From positions 186,001 to 250,000 of the forward strand of contig NIVC01000337.1 in NCBI GenBank assembly GCA_002269645.1: a stretch of DNA of 64,000 nt, given 5' to 3'. The translations under genes and the position numbers were made by a program. The notes below the pieces were generated by a model. The model did not search any database and was not told the origin of the DNA. It worked only from the letters and a program-made list of their open reading frames with translations. The first letter of the stretch is position 1, and every line of letters begins with the position of its first letter. Below, one piece after another: positions 11,824-21,883 of this stretch. This stretch comes from Macrostomum lignano (taxonomy: Eukaryota).

Positions 11824-12012
11824 GTGCTGCTAGGGATGTCAGATGAGCCCACTTTGGGTGTCAGGAAGTGCTGCTAGGGATGTCAGATGAGCCACTTTGG
11901 GTGTCAGGAAGTGCTACTTGGGGTGTCAGATGAGCCCACTTAGGGTGTCAGGAAGTGCTACTTAGGGTGTCAGATGAGCCCACTTTGGGTGTCAGGAAGT
12001 GCTACTTAAGGT
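11824..12012. repeat. Minisatellite, 44-bp unit, about 4 copies
   Basis: GTGCTGCTAGGGATGTCAGATGAGCCCACTTTGGGTGTCAGGAA repeated. Confidence 0.85.
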
Positions 12013-12352
12013 ACTAAAGTAGCCCATTCAGGTAGCCCAAGATAGAAATTTTTATGTCAGAAAAACCTATCTCTGGGTGTCATGAGCTATTTAGGGTGTC
12101 AGAGGTCAGGGGGGCTGTCGTTCGATTCACAGCCATTTGGGCCAACCCCCGAGGCACAGAGAGTACATGCCTTACGATTAGAAAGTCGGGGCCGCTGCTA
12201 TTGTGTGAGCGTGTGTACAGTATGAGCGCACAATTGTATATGCTCAGCAGAATGGGCATAATTGTGCTAGGGTGGCTGCAACCCTCCCGCGGATTTTTAT
12301 TTGATCGATCTTCGCCGCATCTCTCGCGCATTCCTTTGGCAGCCAGACGCCA

Positions 12353-13042
12353 ATGCCAGCCGGAGGAGGCCAGAAGCGCCGCCGTCAGCAGCCGCAGTCG
12401 GTGCAGCTCAGCCTGCCGCCGCACCACCAGCATCACCAGCAGCATCATCATCAGCAGCAGAGCCACTTCCGCAGAGAAGAAGCTGGATCAAAGACGCCAA
12501 GCAGCCAGCATCACCTGCAGCTGCCTCATCACCAGCATCAGCAGCAGCAGCCGGCTCGCCAGCTGAGCCTGTCGATGCTCATCGTGCTCAAGCGTCGACT
12601 GCGTGAAGTCCGCGCTCGCCTTCAGGCTCAGGCGGCGGCCAATGCGGTTCTGCATGGTCGCCGGGGCGGCGCCGGTCGCGGCGACAACTCCTACCGGACG
12701 CGGCCGGCCGCGCCAGCCTTCGCATCGCCCGGCGAGCCCGGCCAGGTTCTGCGGCACAGCCTGCACTTCTTTCTGGGCGAGTCGCACTACTGCCAGCGGG
12801 CCAGCGCCAAGCTCATCCGCATGGTCGCCGAGGATGTCAAGCGGCGCCTGAAATTGGCGCTGACCGGCTCGCGCCGCTTCAAACTGGTCGTGACCGCTGG
12901 CCTGGTGCAGAAGGCCCGCCAGGGCGGCCTGGAGGCCTCGCGCTGCCTGCTGGACGCCGGCTGCGATGGCTGCGCCACGGCCAGCCTGGACCGGCCGACC
13001 TTCGTTGCCTCCGCCGCCGCCTATTGGTTCTACTATGAGTAG
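12353..13042 (+). CDS. Tctex-1 domain (dynein light chain Tctex-type) protein with Q/H-rich N terminus; start codon uncertain
   Basis: C-terminal NSYRTRP...AEDVKRRLK...RRFKLVVTAGLVQKARQGGLEASRCLLDAGCDGCAT...AAAYWFYYE* has the TCTEX1D-family pattern (R-Y/F-K-hydrophobic, SRCLWD-like, YYE end). Confidence 0.8.
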   Translation: MPAGGGQKRRRQQPQSVQLSLPPHHQHHQQHHHQQQSHFRREEAGSKTPSSQHHLQLPHHQHQQQQPARQLSLSMLIVLKRRLREVRARLQAQAAANAVLHGRRGGAGRGDNSYRTRPAAPAFASPGEPGQVLRHSLHFFLGESHYCQRASAKLIRMVAEDVKRRLKLALTGSRRFKLVVTAGLVQKARQGGLEASRCLLDAGCDGCATASLDRPTFVASAAAYWFYYE

Positions 13043-13310
13043 CGAGATGCGGCTTGTGTGCATGCAATAGCTGACTCTACTATGAGTAGCGAGATGCGGC
13101 TTGTGTGCATGCAATAGCTGACTCTACTATGAGTAGTGAGATGCGGCTTGTGTGCATGCAATGGCTGACTCTACTATGAGTAGCAAGATGCGGCTTGTGT
13201 GCATGCAATGGCTGACTCTACTATGAGTAGCAAGATGCGGCTTGTGTGCATGCAATGGCTGACTCTACTATGAGTAGCGAGATGCGGCTTGTGTGCATGC
13301 ATTGGCTGAC
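13030..13310. repeat. 47-bp tandem repeat, about 6 copies, whose first unit contains the last codons and stop of the Tctex gene
   Basis: CTACTATGAGTAGCGAGATGCGGCTTGTGTGCATGCAATAGCTGACT repeated; TAC TAT GAG TAG = Y Y E stop. Confidence 0.95.
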
Positions 13311-13454
13311 TGATCCTGAGGTCTTTAATGTACGAATGAAATTAATAATAAAAATATGTTTTTTGATTAAGTTTTCAAGTTACACAGCCAGTCAATTTAT
13401 TTTTAATTTCTTTGTTCATTTTGGCAAAAAATTTCAGATAAAGTACAGTGATAA

Positions 13455-14705
13455 TCAGATTGTGATCACAGAGGGAATCAGATTGTGATCACAGGGGGAA
13501 TCAGATTGTGATCACAGAGGGAATCAGATTGTGATCACAGTGAGAATCAGATTGTGATCACAATGGGAATCAGATTGTGATCACAGAGGGAATCAGATTG
13601 TGATCACAGAGGGAATCAGATTGTGATCACAGGGGGAATCAGATTGTGATCACAGAGGGAATCAGATTGTGATCACAGAGGGAATCAGATTGTGATCACA
13701 GTGAGAATCAGATTGTGATCACAGAGGGAATCAGATTGTGATCACAGTGAGAATCAGATTGTGATCACAGTGATAATCAGATTGTGATCACAGAGGGAAT
13801 CAGATTGTGATCACAAAGTGAATCAGATTGTGATCACAGTGAGAATCAGATTGTGATCACAGAGGGAATCTGATTGTGATCACAGAGGGAATCAGATTGT
13901 GATCACAGAGGGAATCAGATTGTGATCACAGATGGAATCAGATTGTGATCACAGAGGGAATCAGATTGTGATCACAGTGAGAATCAGATTGTGATCACAG
14001 TGATAATCAGATTGTGATCACTGTGAGAACCAAATTGTGATCAGAGTGGGAATCAGATTGTGATCACAGAGTGAATCAGATTGTGATCACAGTGAGAATC
14101 AGATTGTGATCACAGAGGGAATCAGATTGTGATCACAGTGAGAATCAGATTGTGATCACAATGGGAATCAGATTGTGATCACAGAGGGAATCAGATTGTG
14201 ATCACAGAGGGAATCAGATTGTGATCACAGAGGGAATCAGATTGTGATCACAGAGGGAATCAGATTGCGATCACAGAGGGAATCAGATTGTGATCACAAT
14301 GGGAATCAAATTGTGATCACAGTGGGAATCAAATTGTAATCACTGTGAGAATCAGATTGTGATCACAGTAGGAGTCAAATTGTGATCACAGAGAGAATCA
14401 GATTGTGATCACAGTGAGAATCAGATTGTGATCACTGTGAGAACCAAATTGTGATCAAAGTGGGAATCAGATTGTGATCACAGTGGGAATCAAATTGTGA
14501 TCACAGAGGGAATCAGATTGTGATCACAGAGGGAATCAGATTGTGATCACAGAGGGAATCAGATTGTGATCACAGTGAGAATCAGATTGTGATCACAGAG
14601 GGAATCAGATTGTGATCACAGTGAGAATCAAATTGTGATCACAGTGAGAATCAAATTGTGATCACAGTGAGAATCAGATCGTGATCACAGAGGGAATCAG
14701 ATCGT
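13455..14705. repeat. Minisatellite, 23-bp unit GATCACAGAGGGAATCAGATTGT, about 54 copies
   Basis: Direct periodicity; most junctions form the palindrome TGTGATCACA. Confidence 0.95.
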
Positions 14706-14892
14706 GCTCACTCAGGTCATATTTCGCACAATTGTTCTTTCGCTCCTTAGCCCAAGTCTTGAGCATTTTCTTAATACTTGGCAGGCAGCCAGGCTGCAGC
14801 ATGTCTGCACCGTCACAGATAAGGACCTTTGTGGGATTTAGCCCCTTCGAATTCCCGGCAACGCACCGGCTCAGTGCGGAGTGAGTCAGCGA

Positions 14893-14966
14893 GGTCGTGT
14901 AGCTCAGTTGGTTAGAGCGTCGTGCTGATAACGCGAAGGTCGAGGGTTCGAGCCCCTCCCCGACCA
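14893..14966 (+). tRNA. tRNA-Ile with anticodon GAT (possibly a pseudogene)
   Basis: Cloverleaf: D stem GCTC/GAGC, anticodon stem TCGTG/CGCGA with loop CT-GAT-AA (anticodon 14927-14929), T stem GAGGG/CCCTC with TTCGAGC loop. Acceptor stem has one T:C mismatch; discriminator A; T-run terminator from about 14969. Confidence 0.85.
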
Positions 14967-15173
14967 GATTTTTTTTATTTTTCTTCCTCTAATAGTGCTT
15001 GAGCAAAAGGAGCAAGGCAGATAAAAAGTTGACAAAATACAAAATGCAGAGGAAACAAATTTTCTATCTAAAAAACAAAAAAGAAAAGTGAAAATTTTCT
15101 CAGGGTACAAGCAAAGTTTCTAGAAGTATGCTGAAGCGATTTAAACTTCAAGAAAATTTTCAGTTTTTAAAGT

Positions 15174-18100
15174 TCAGGCAAACTGCAGGCTGTCCGCCAC
15201 GCCCTTGTAGGCAATTCGCTCCGGGAATCTCGACTGTCTCTGGAAGATTTGAGGCGACTCAATCAGGACGGTAGCGTCTCACTCTCGCGCCACGACCCCT
15301 GGTCCCGCATCCATTGGGGGGCTCGTGTGCCAAAGCCAGTACATGCCTGAGGATCAGTCAACTCCCAGCCTCTCACCCTGTACGCTGAGCTGCCGAAGTC
15401 TCCGTAGTCTGCGAGATTCACCGAGCAGCCTCGGTGGTTGCGGAAGTCAGCCGAATTGGCGCCGCGGATGGCGCGCCGACCGCCGGCGCCGATAAAGCAG
15501 AAATCGGCGGCCTCCCTGGCTGCCCGGTCATTCTCCGCTTTCTGCCAAGAATTTGTTTCGGTTAATATAAATCAAACCGTTTTCTCTACTGATAGTAGCG
15601 TGATTTGCTTGAAATTTGAACTACTGGGAGATTCGCGTCTGTGAAAGATTTCTACTGGGGGAGATTTCTACTGGGGGAGACTTCTACTGGGAAGATTTCC
15701 ATTAGGGAGATTCCTATTAGGGGAAATTTCTACTGGGGAGATTTCTACTGGGGAGATTTCTACAGGGGAGATTTCTACTGGGGAGATTTCTACGGGGAGA
15801 TTTCTACAGGGGAGATTTCTACTGGGGAGATTTCTACGGAGAGATTTCTACTGGGGAGATTTCTATAAGGGAAATTTCCATTGGGGAGATTTCCATTGGG
15901 GAGATTTCCATTGGGGAGATTTCCATTGGGGAGATTTATACTAGGAGACTTCTATTGGGGAGATTTCCTTTGAGGAGATTTCTACTGGGGAGATTTCTAC
16001 GGGGAGATTTCTACAGGGGAGATTTCTATAAGGGAGATTTCCATTGGAGAGATTTCCATTGGGGAGATTTCTACTAGGAGACTTCTATTGGGGAGATTTC
16101 CATTGGAGAGATTTCCATTGGGGAGATTTCTATTGGGGAGATTTCTATTGGGGAGGTTTCTATTGGGGAGATTTCTATTAGGGAGATTTCCATTGGGGAG
16201 GTTTCTATTGGGGAGATTTCTATTAGGGAGATTTCCATTGGGGAGATTTCTACTAGGAGACTTCTATTGGGGAGATTTCTATTAGGGAGATTTCCATTGT
16301 GGAGATTTCTATTGGGGAAATATCTATTGAGGAGATTTCTATTTGGGAGATTTCCATTAAGAAGATTTCCATTGGGGAGATTTCTACTGGGGATTTGTAC
16401 GGGGGATATTTCTTCGTTTGTCAGAGTCGGACAAGCAAAGGGGACTCACAATGCGGGATGAAAATTTAGAGTGCATAAAAAGCAAAACACATCAAGTGAA
16501 TCCGCAAACCCGGGATGCCAGCAGTCCAAAGTCCTCTCCTGAGTAGTCGCTCCGACTCGCTCCCCCGGCCGCTGGCGCCCGCGACCCTCCGATGCGAGGC
16601 AGCGGCGCCGAGTCCCCCATCGGAGGCTGGATGTAGGGCCGGGGGTACGAGTCCAGGCGGAAGTCCTTCCGGTAGGTGCTGCTGAGGGCGGCGCCGTGCG
16701 AGGCCGCCTCTGCGGGCTGGGCGGTTTTGAGCAAGGAAAAAGCGTTAGAAACAAACTGCTTTGCCACTTCCTGCATGCCTGAGGCTGAAACCATGACTGG
16801 CTCGAGTCTACAGAGTACAGAGTGTTATTTTTTAGTTTTCTCTTGACTACGACTGACTGACCTGCCAGCTTGACCTCTTCAAATCGCCAACGCTGGGCTT
16901 GGCAGCCGCTGGCAGCTTAGCCGCGACGGCCGGCTGCTGCGAGTCGGATTCCAGGAAGCGCCTGGCGTCGTACACGTTGCGAATCTGCGTCACGGCGACG
17001 TCGCGACCGAACGCGTCGGCGAATGTGGTGCTTCTGGAATGGTTGGGGAGGGGGAGAGGCTGGATAAGTTCAGCTGCTGCATTGGCTGGCGCCCCTTGAT
17101 GCTGGCGCCACTTGGTGCTGGCGCCACTTGGTGCTGGCGCCACTTGGTGCTGGCGCCACTTGGTGCTGGCGCCACTTGGTGCTGGCGCCACTTGGTGCTG
17201 GCGCCACTTGGTGCTGGCGCCCCTTGATGCTGGCGCCACTTGGTGCTGGCGCCACTTGGTGCTGGCGCCACTTGGTGCTGGCGCCACTTGGTGCTGGCGC
17301 CACTTGGTGCTGGCGCCACTTGGTGCTGGCGCCACTTGGTGCTGGCGCCACTTGGTGCTGGCGCCACTTGGTGCTGGCGCCACTTGGTGCTGGCGCCACT
17401 TGGTGCTGGCGCCACTTGGTGCTGGCGCCACTTGGTGCTGGCGCCACTTGGTGCTGGCGCCACTTGGTGCTGGCGCCACTTGGTGCTGGCGCCACTTGGT
17501 GCTGGCGCCACTTGGTGCTGGCGCCACTTGGTGCTGGCGCCACTTGGTGCTGGCGCCACTTGGTGCTGGCGCCCATCGCCCATCGATGGCGCCCATCGCC
17601 CATCGATGGCGCCCATCGCCCATCGATGGCGCCCATCACAAAGTGTACGAGATCCCCCAATAAAAAATTCGGGATATTGAAACGCCTCCGTCGAATAAAC
17701 AACAAAACAACCAATGGGAAAGGAGAAGCAGAAACTCACGTGACTGGCATGGCTGAAGCGGCTTCGCTCCGATCGCCAAAGTGCGTCTCCAGCTGCTCTC
17801 GCCTCCGCCTGCGCGCCACATCCGGTTGAAAGTCGGCTGGCAGCAGCGGCGGCGGCGGGTGCCGGCCCAGCTGCTCCTCAGCGTCGCCGTCCCGCAGTCC
17901 GCCCTTCATCAGGCTGGCAACCACGGTGGGAGTCCAGTGCGAGTGCCAGGGCGCGGTCGGGAGGTCGTCGGACGGCCGGGTGGCGCTCGGCCTGGGGTAT
18001 CTCTGGCTGCTCATGGCGCCCGCGAGCTGCAGCAGGGGCGCGCGGTTCGAGAAGCGAAATCGTTTTTTTAGGTTTTAAGAGAATCAGGTAAAGTGTGGAG

Positions 18101-19050
18101 AAAATTTCAATCGATTCTCACCTTCGGCAGGTTGGAAAGACTCGATAAGTTCGACTTTTTATTTGCGGAATTGTCCCCGGGATTGAAGATGTGACTTTTG
18201 TACAGATCGGCTTCGATGCCAGCCTGCGGGATGTTGGGCTGCGTCTCAGACTTGCCATGGCAACTGCAACCAGCGCAAACAGATTCAGCAGAAATTTAAA
18301 GCTGGAAGCGACAACCCCTACCATACCACAATGAGACAGTGAGTCCACGGCAGGTAAACCTCGCCAGATCTTGCAATGAAAATCTTACCGAATTCTGTGA
18401 AGGGTGGCCCCTGTAGCAATCCGTGAATTCCGACTGCCAAAGCTCGGCTCCCTGTTCCCAGTGACTGTTCGCTGCGCAGCAGTGATGATGCTTCAGCTGC
18501 CGCTCGGCTGAGGACCACTGGCTGGATGAGGCGGAGGCTGTCTCTGTTGCGAGCTCGCTTGGTGGGCAAACTGCGAACTTCAATGATGATTGGTTGGGTG
18601 ACGCAGGCTGGGAACTCAAGACTTTACATGTACACTCGAAAGCAATCAGCAGACAATGGGCTCACGAAAGGGATCTGATGCCAAATTAAGCGACGGAATG
18701 GAGACAAAAGCGACTTATCGAGGATAAAGGGAAACTTGGTGTCTTAAAAAACTTTTGAGGGCCGTTTTTGCAAGAAAAAAATGTGGGATTTTACGTCGCT
18801 TTTCCATTTTTGGAAACTGTAGCCGAGTCTATAATAGAAGTCCCTTCGTGCCCTCACTGTGGATATTTATTTCACTAATCATTAATCAGCTCACCTGGCG
18901 CTCCGGGCAATGCGCCTCCTTCGGATCCAGCAGCCGCAGGTAGCTACCAGTTCTGCTCTGCTGTAGCTGTTTAACGCGCTCGCCCTCCAGTTTCCGTGGG
19001 AACGCGGCCAGCTCAGCCGAGTGGCTCTGCTCCTCCGCAATTGTCTGCAT
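15174..19050 (-). CDS. Uncharacterised 466-aa protein with repeated S/T-T-Y/F-x-x-D/A-F motifs, probably a ciliary microtubule-inner protein (SAXO/TEX45-like)
   Basis: Eight exons with consistent phases and GT/AG ends: 19050-18895, 18607-18389, 18250-18122, 18026-17740, 17033-16862, 16716-16510, 15541-15377, 15239-15174. Recurrent motifs WQSEFTDCY, STTFADAF, STYRKDF, ANSADFRNH, GSSAYR. Family assignment is inference; the exon 3 acceptor (AAG) is the weakest site. Confidence 0.6.
15645..16395. repeat. Intronic minisatellite, 15-bp unit GGGGAGATTTC(T/C)A(C/T)T, about 50 copies
   Basis: Direct periodicity. Confidence 0.95.
17097..17637. repeat. Intronic minisatellite, 16-bp unit GGTGCTGGCGCCACTT (about 30 copies), then a 20-bp unit x3
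   Basis: Direct periodicity; source of several spurious ORFs. Confidence 0.95.
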
Positions 19051-20574
19051 TTAAATTATTGCGCTCCCAGCCGCTTCCTGCACCCCCTCCAGAGCAGCCG
19101 CGGTTCCCCTACTGCCTCTAGTAGGAAGATCTCTTTCAAGTGAGTTTGTCTCTCCTCACCGCTCTCTCTCTCTCTCTCTCTTGAGCTGAATCCCGATTTG
19201 ACAAGCGAATGAAAGCAACTGTATTGGGTGGCACTACGGTCTATTGTTATATTTGTTGCGGAATGCCCATACGCTACAGTTGAGAGATGCAGGGGTTTTA
19301 TGCGGATGTGACTGTTGCCTTGTTCCCCCGGGACAAGGGGAGGCTGAGTTGGTGGGTGGGACAGGGGGAGGCCAAAACGAGAGCAAGGACCACTAGTAGG
19401 AACACTTCGTTATAGTCTAGTAGTCCTTGAACGAGAGTTGATGAGGCTGTCAATTGAGCAGCTGCGCTGGGGGGGGGGTTACGCTAACCTGATCAATAAT
19501 ATACGTGGGAGAATACAGATCTAGACAAGACAGGATTTCTTCTGCACATGGGGAAATTCTCCCACATGGCCCACAGTTGCCTAAAAGGCGGATCCATCCG
19601 AGAAACAAGGCGAAAAACACTTTTTAATTAATAATTAATGAGGCCAACTCACGAACGCATGCTTGCTAACCATATAGGCCCACACAGGCTTAAAAGATTT
19701 GCACTCTGCAGATTCTGCAAACCCCCAGACAGTGGCAATCTAATTAATTGATTAACTATATATTACTTTTATGCTTACTGAGAAGTACTTTAAGCTACAA
19801 TTGTTCTAAGAATGCACCCAAGAACAAGAAGGATCTGCAACTTTATAGTGCTTTTAATTTTTTTCTCGGTGAAACACTGTGTTTATTTAGTAGTATACAC
19901 ATAAAATAGAAATTGGTACAGGTGAAAAAATAATATTTTACAGATCTCTGTGCGAGATTATCAAAAAGTTATAAAAGCTTACAAGTATAAGTATCCGTTG
20001 ATTTTAATAGCAAATATTAGAACGTTCAAGTCTTACTATATACAGCAAGCCGGAAACTTGATTATGAGTTCGAGTATGATTGCACTTCTATATTTACAGC
20101 GAATGATAAGACAAAAATGAAATTTATTACTGTAAGGAAATGCGCCATCTTAAAGTGCGGGATGTCTGTCTGTGAAGTCGAACTACACGTATGCATCTAA
20201 ACACCATTTTTCAATACTTCTGTTGGGCTTTAAAATCTAGAAAATGTCCTTATCATGCTACTTAGCGAGTGTTACAAATTAAGTAATAAGTAGTATGATG
20301 TTGATTATCAAAATTACAATCAGAAATGATATGGGAAAAAATATTGCTTTTAGAGATGTTGTTCGCGTTCTTGTGGATTGGACACACGTGGCTTTGACGC
20401 TTGCAAACTCTTCTTCAGCAAATTCTTGACGAACTGAAATTGGGAAACAGAAAAAAAGCAATATGAGTGTCTTCTGTTTAATAGCTGGGGACAGCAGAAA
20501 TGGGGTTGTCAAAAATGTTATATTGGTTTCATGCATAGGAGGGGGACAATACGTAACTTGTCCCCTCCCTGTCT

Positions 20575-21205
20575 CTGTAGGCTGTAATTTGCCCCCTGTC
20601 TGTGCAGTGTAGGCTGTAATCTGACTGTAATCTATCTAGGCTGTAATCTGACTGTAATCTATCTAGGCTGTAATCTGATTGTAATCTATCTAGGCTGTAA
20701 TCTGACTGTAATCTATCTAGGCTGTAATCTGATTGTAATCTATCTAGGCTGTAATCTGACTGTAATCTATCTAGGCTGTAATCTGACTGTAATCTATCTA
20801 GGCTGTAATCTGACTGTAATCTATCTAGGCTGTAATCTGACTGTAATCTATCTAGGCTGCAATCTGACTGCAATCTATCTAGGCTGTAATCTGATTGTAA
20901 TCTATCTAGGCTGTAATCTGACTGTAATCTATCTAGGCTGTAATCTGACTGTAATCTATCTAGGCTGTAATCTGACTGTAATCTATCTAGGCTGCAATCT
21001 GACTGCAATCTATCTAGGCTGTAATCTGACTGTAATCTATCTAGGCTGTAATCTGACTGTAATCTATCTAGGCTGCAATCTGACTGCAATCTATCTAGGC
21101 TGTAATCTATCTAGGCTGTAATCTGACTGTTCTATCTAGGCTGCAATCTGACTGTAATCTATAGGCTGTAATCTATAGGCTGTAATCTGACTGTAATCTG
21201 TAGGC
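20575..21205. repeat. Minisatellite, 27-bp unit TAGGCTGTAATCTGACTGTAATCTATC, about 23 copies
   Basis: Direct periodicity. Confidence 0.95.
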
Positions 21206-21328
21206 CTAGACTGTTTAGATTTTTAAAAAACACCGGAAAATCAATCGTTATGTATCAACCCTCTCCTACCTGTAGCACAGCCTCAATTGTATTAAGACGC
21301 CAACATCAAAATTGCTCAAGCCTACAGG

Positions 21329-21883
21329 CTACAGCTGCACAACGCAGGTGTAAGGCGAGCCTTCGGCCGCGGTCGCGGTGCCCAGTCGGCACGCCCTGGC
21401 ACGCCAATACGGCCGGCAGATGATGGTGAAGATGACGCAGGCGGTGATGAGCAGTATGACGCCCAGAATCAGCATGAAGATTGCGCACGGTCTGACCCAC
21501 TGGTGCTGCTGCTGCAGCTGCTGGTCCAAGGTGAAGGCGCCGCCAATGACAATGAGGCAGGTGGAGCCGGGGAACACGAGCAGGATGGAGAGCACGCACA
21601 GCATCAGGCTGTTGCCGCTCTCGTTAGTGAGGAAATCGTCAACCGTGTCCATGGGGCCAAGCCGGGCCCGCTGGCGCGACTCCCCCAGCGCCTTCTTGGC
21701 CTTGGCCCGGCCGCCTACTCGACCTCCTTGACCGCCGCCGCTGCCGCAGCTGCTGCTGACTTGTTGAAAATCGCGTCGACTTGCGCCACCGGCGTAGGCA
21801 TCGCTGTCCATTGTGCGCGGATGCGGGTAGCTGTACTTTGAGGACGAGGCTCGGTCCCATTGCTCGGATTGGTAATGCTGCAT
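21329..21883 (-). CDS. Uncharacterised 184-aa membrane protein with two predicted TM helices
   Basis: GC-rich ORF from a real ATG; hydrophobic segments LMLCVLSILLVFPGSTCLIVIGGAF and CAIFMLILGVILLITACVIFTIIC, followed by a basic RPYWRAR stretch. Confidence 0.65.
   Translation of the reverse strand: MQHYQSEQWDRASSSKYSYPHPRTMDSDAYAGGASRRDFQQVSSSCGSGGGQGGRVGGRAKAKKALGESRQRARLGPMDTVDDFLTNESGNSLMLCVLSILLVFPGSTCLIVIGGAFTLDQQLQQQHQWVRPCAIFMLILGVILLITACVIFTIICRPYWRARACRLGTATAAEGSPYTCVVQL

Noticed and set aside
13455-14705. CRISPR-like appearance of palindromic 23-bp repeats (also considered for other arrays)
   Set aside because: Units are head-to-tail without unique spacers, there are no cas genes and the context is eukaryotic.
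16847-17829. Overlapping 146-258 aa ORFs on both strands
   Set aside because: Produced by the 16-bp intronic repeat; only 17033-16862 and 18026-17740 are exonic.
12353-19050. Functional ciliary gene cluster (Tctex gene plus MIP-like gene)
   Set aside because: Only two genes, one with an inferred function; adjacency is expected by chance in a ciliated animal.
20279-20445. Possible extra last exon of the 2-TM gene (FVKNLLKKSLQ...)
   Set aside because: The upstream ORF already has a stop at 21331-21329 and I found no in-frame donor to link them.
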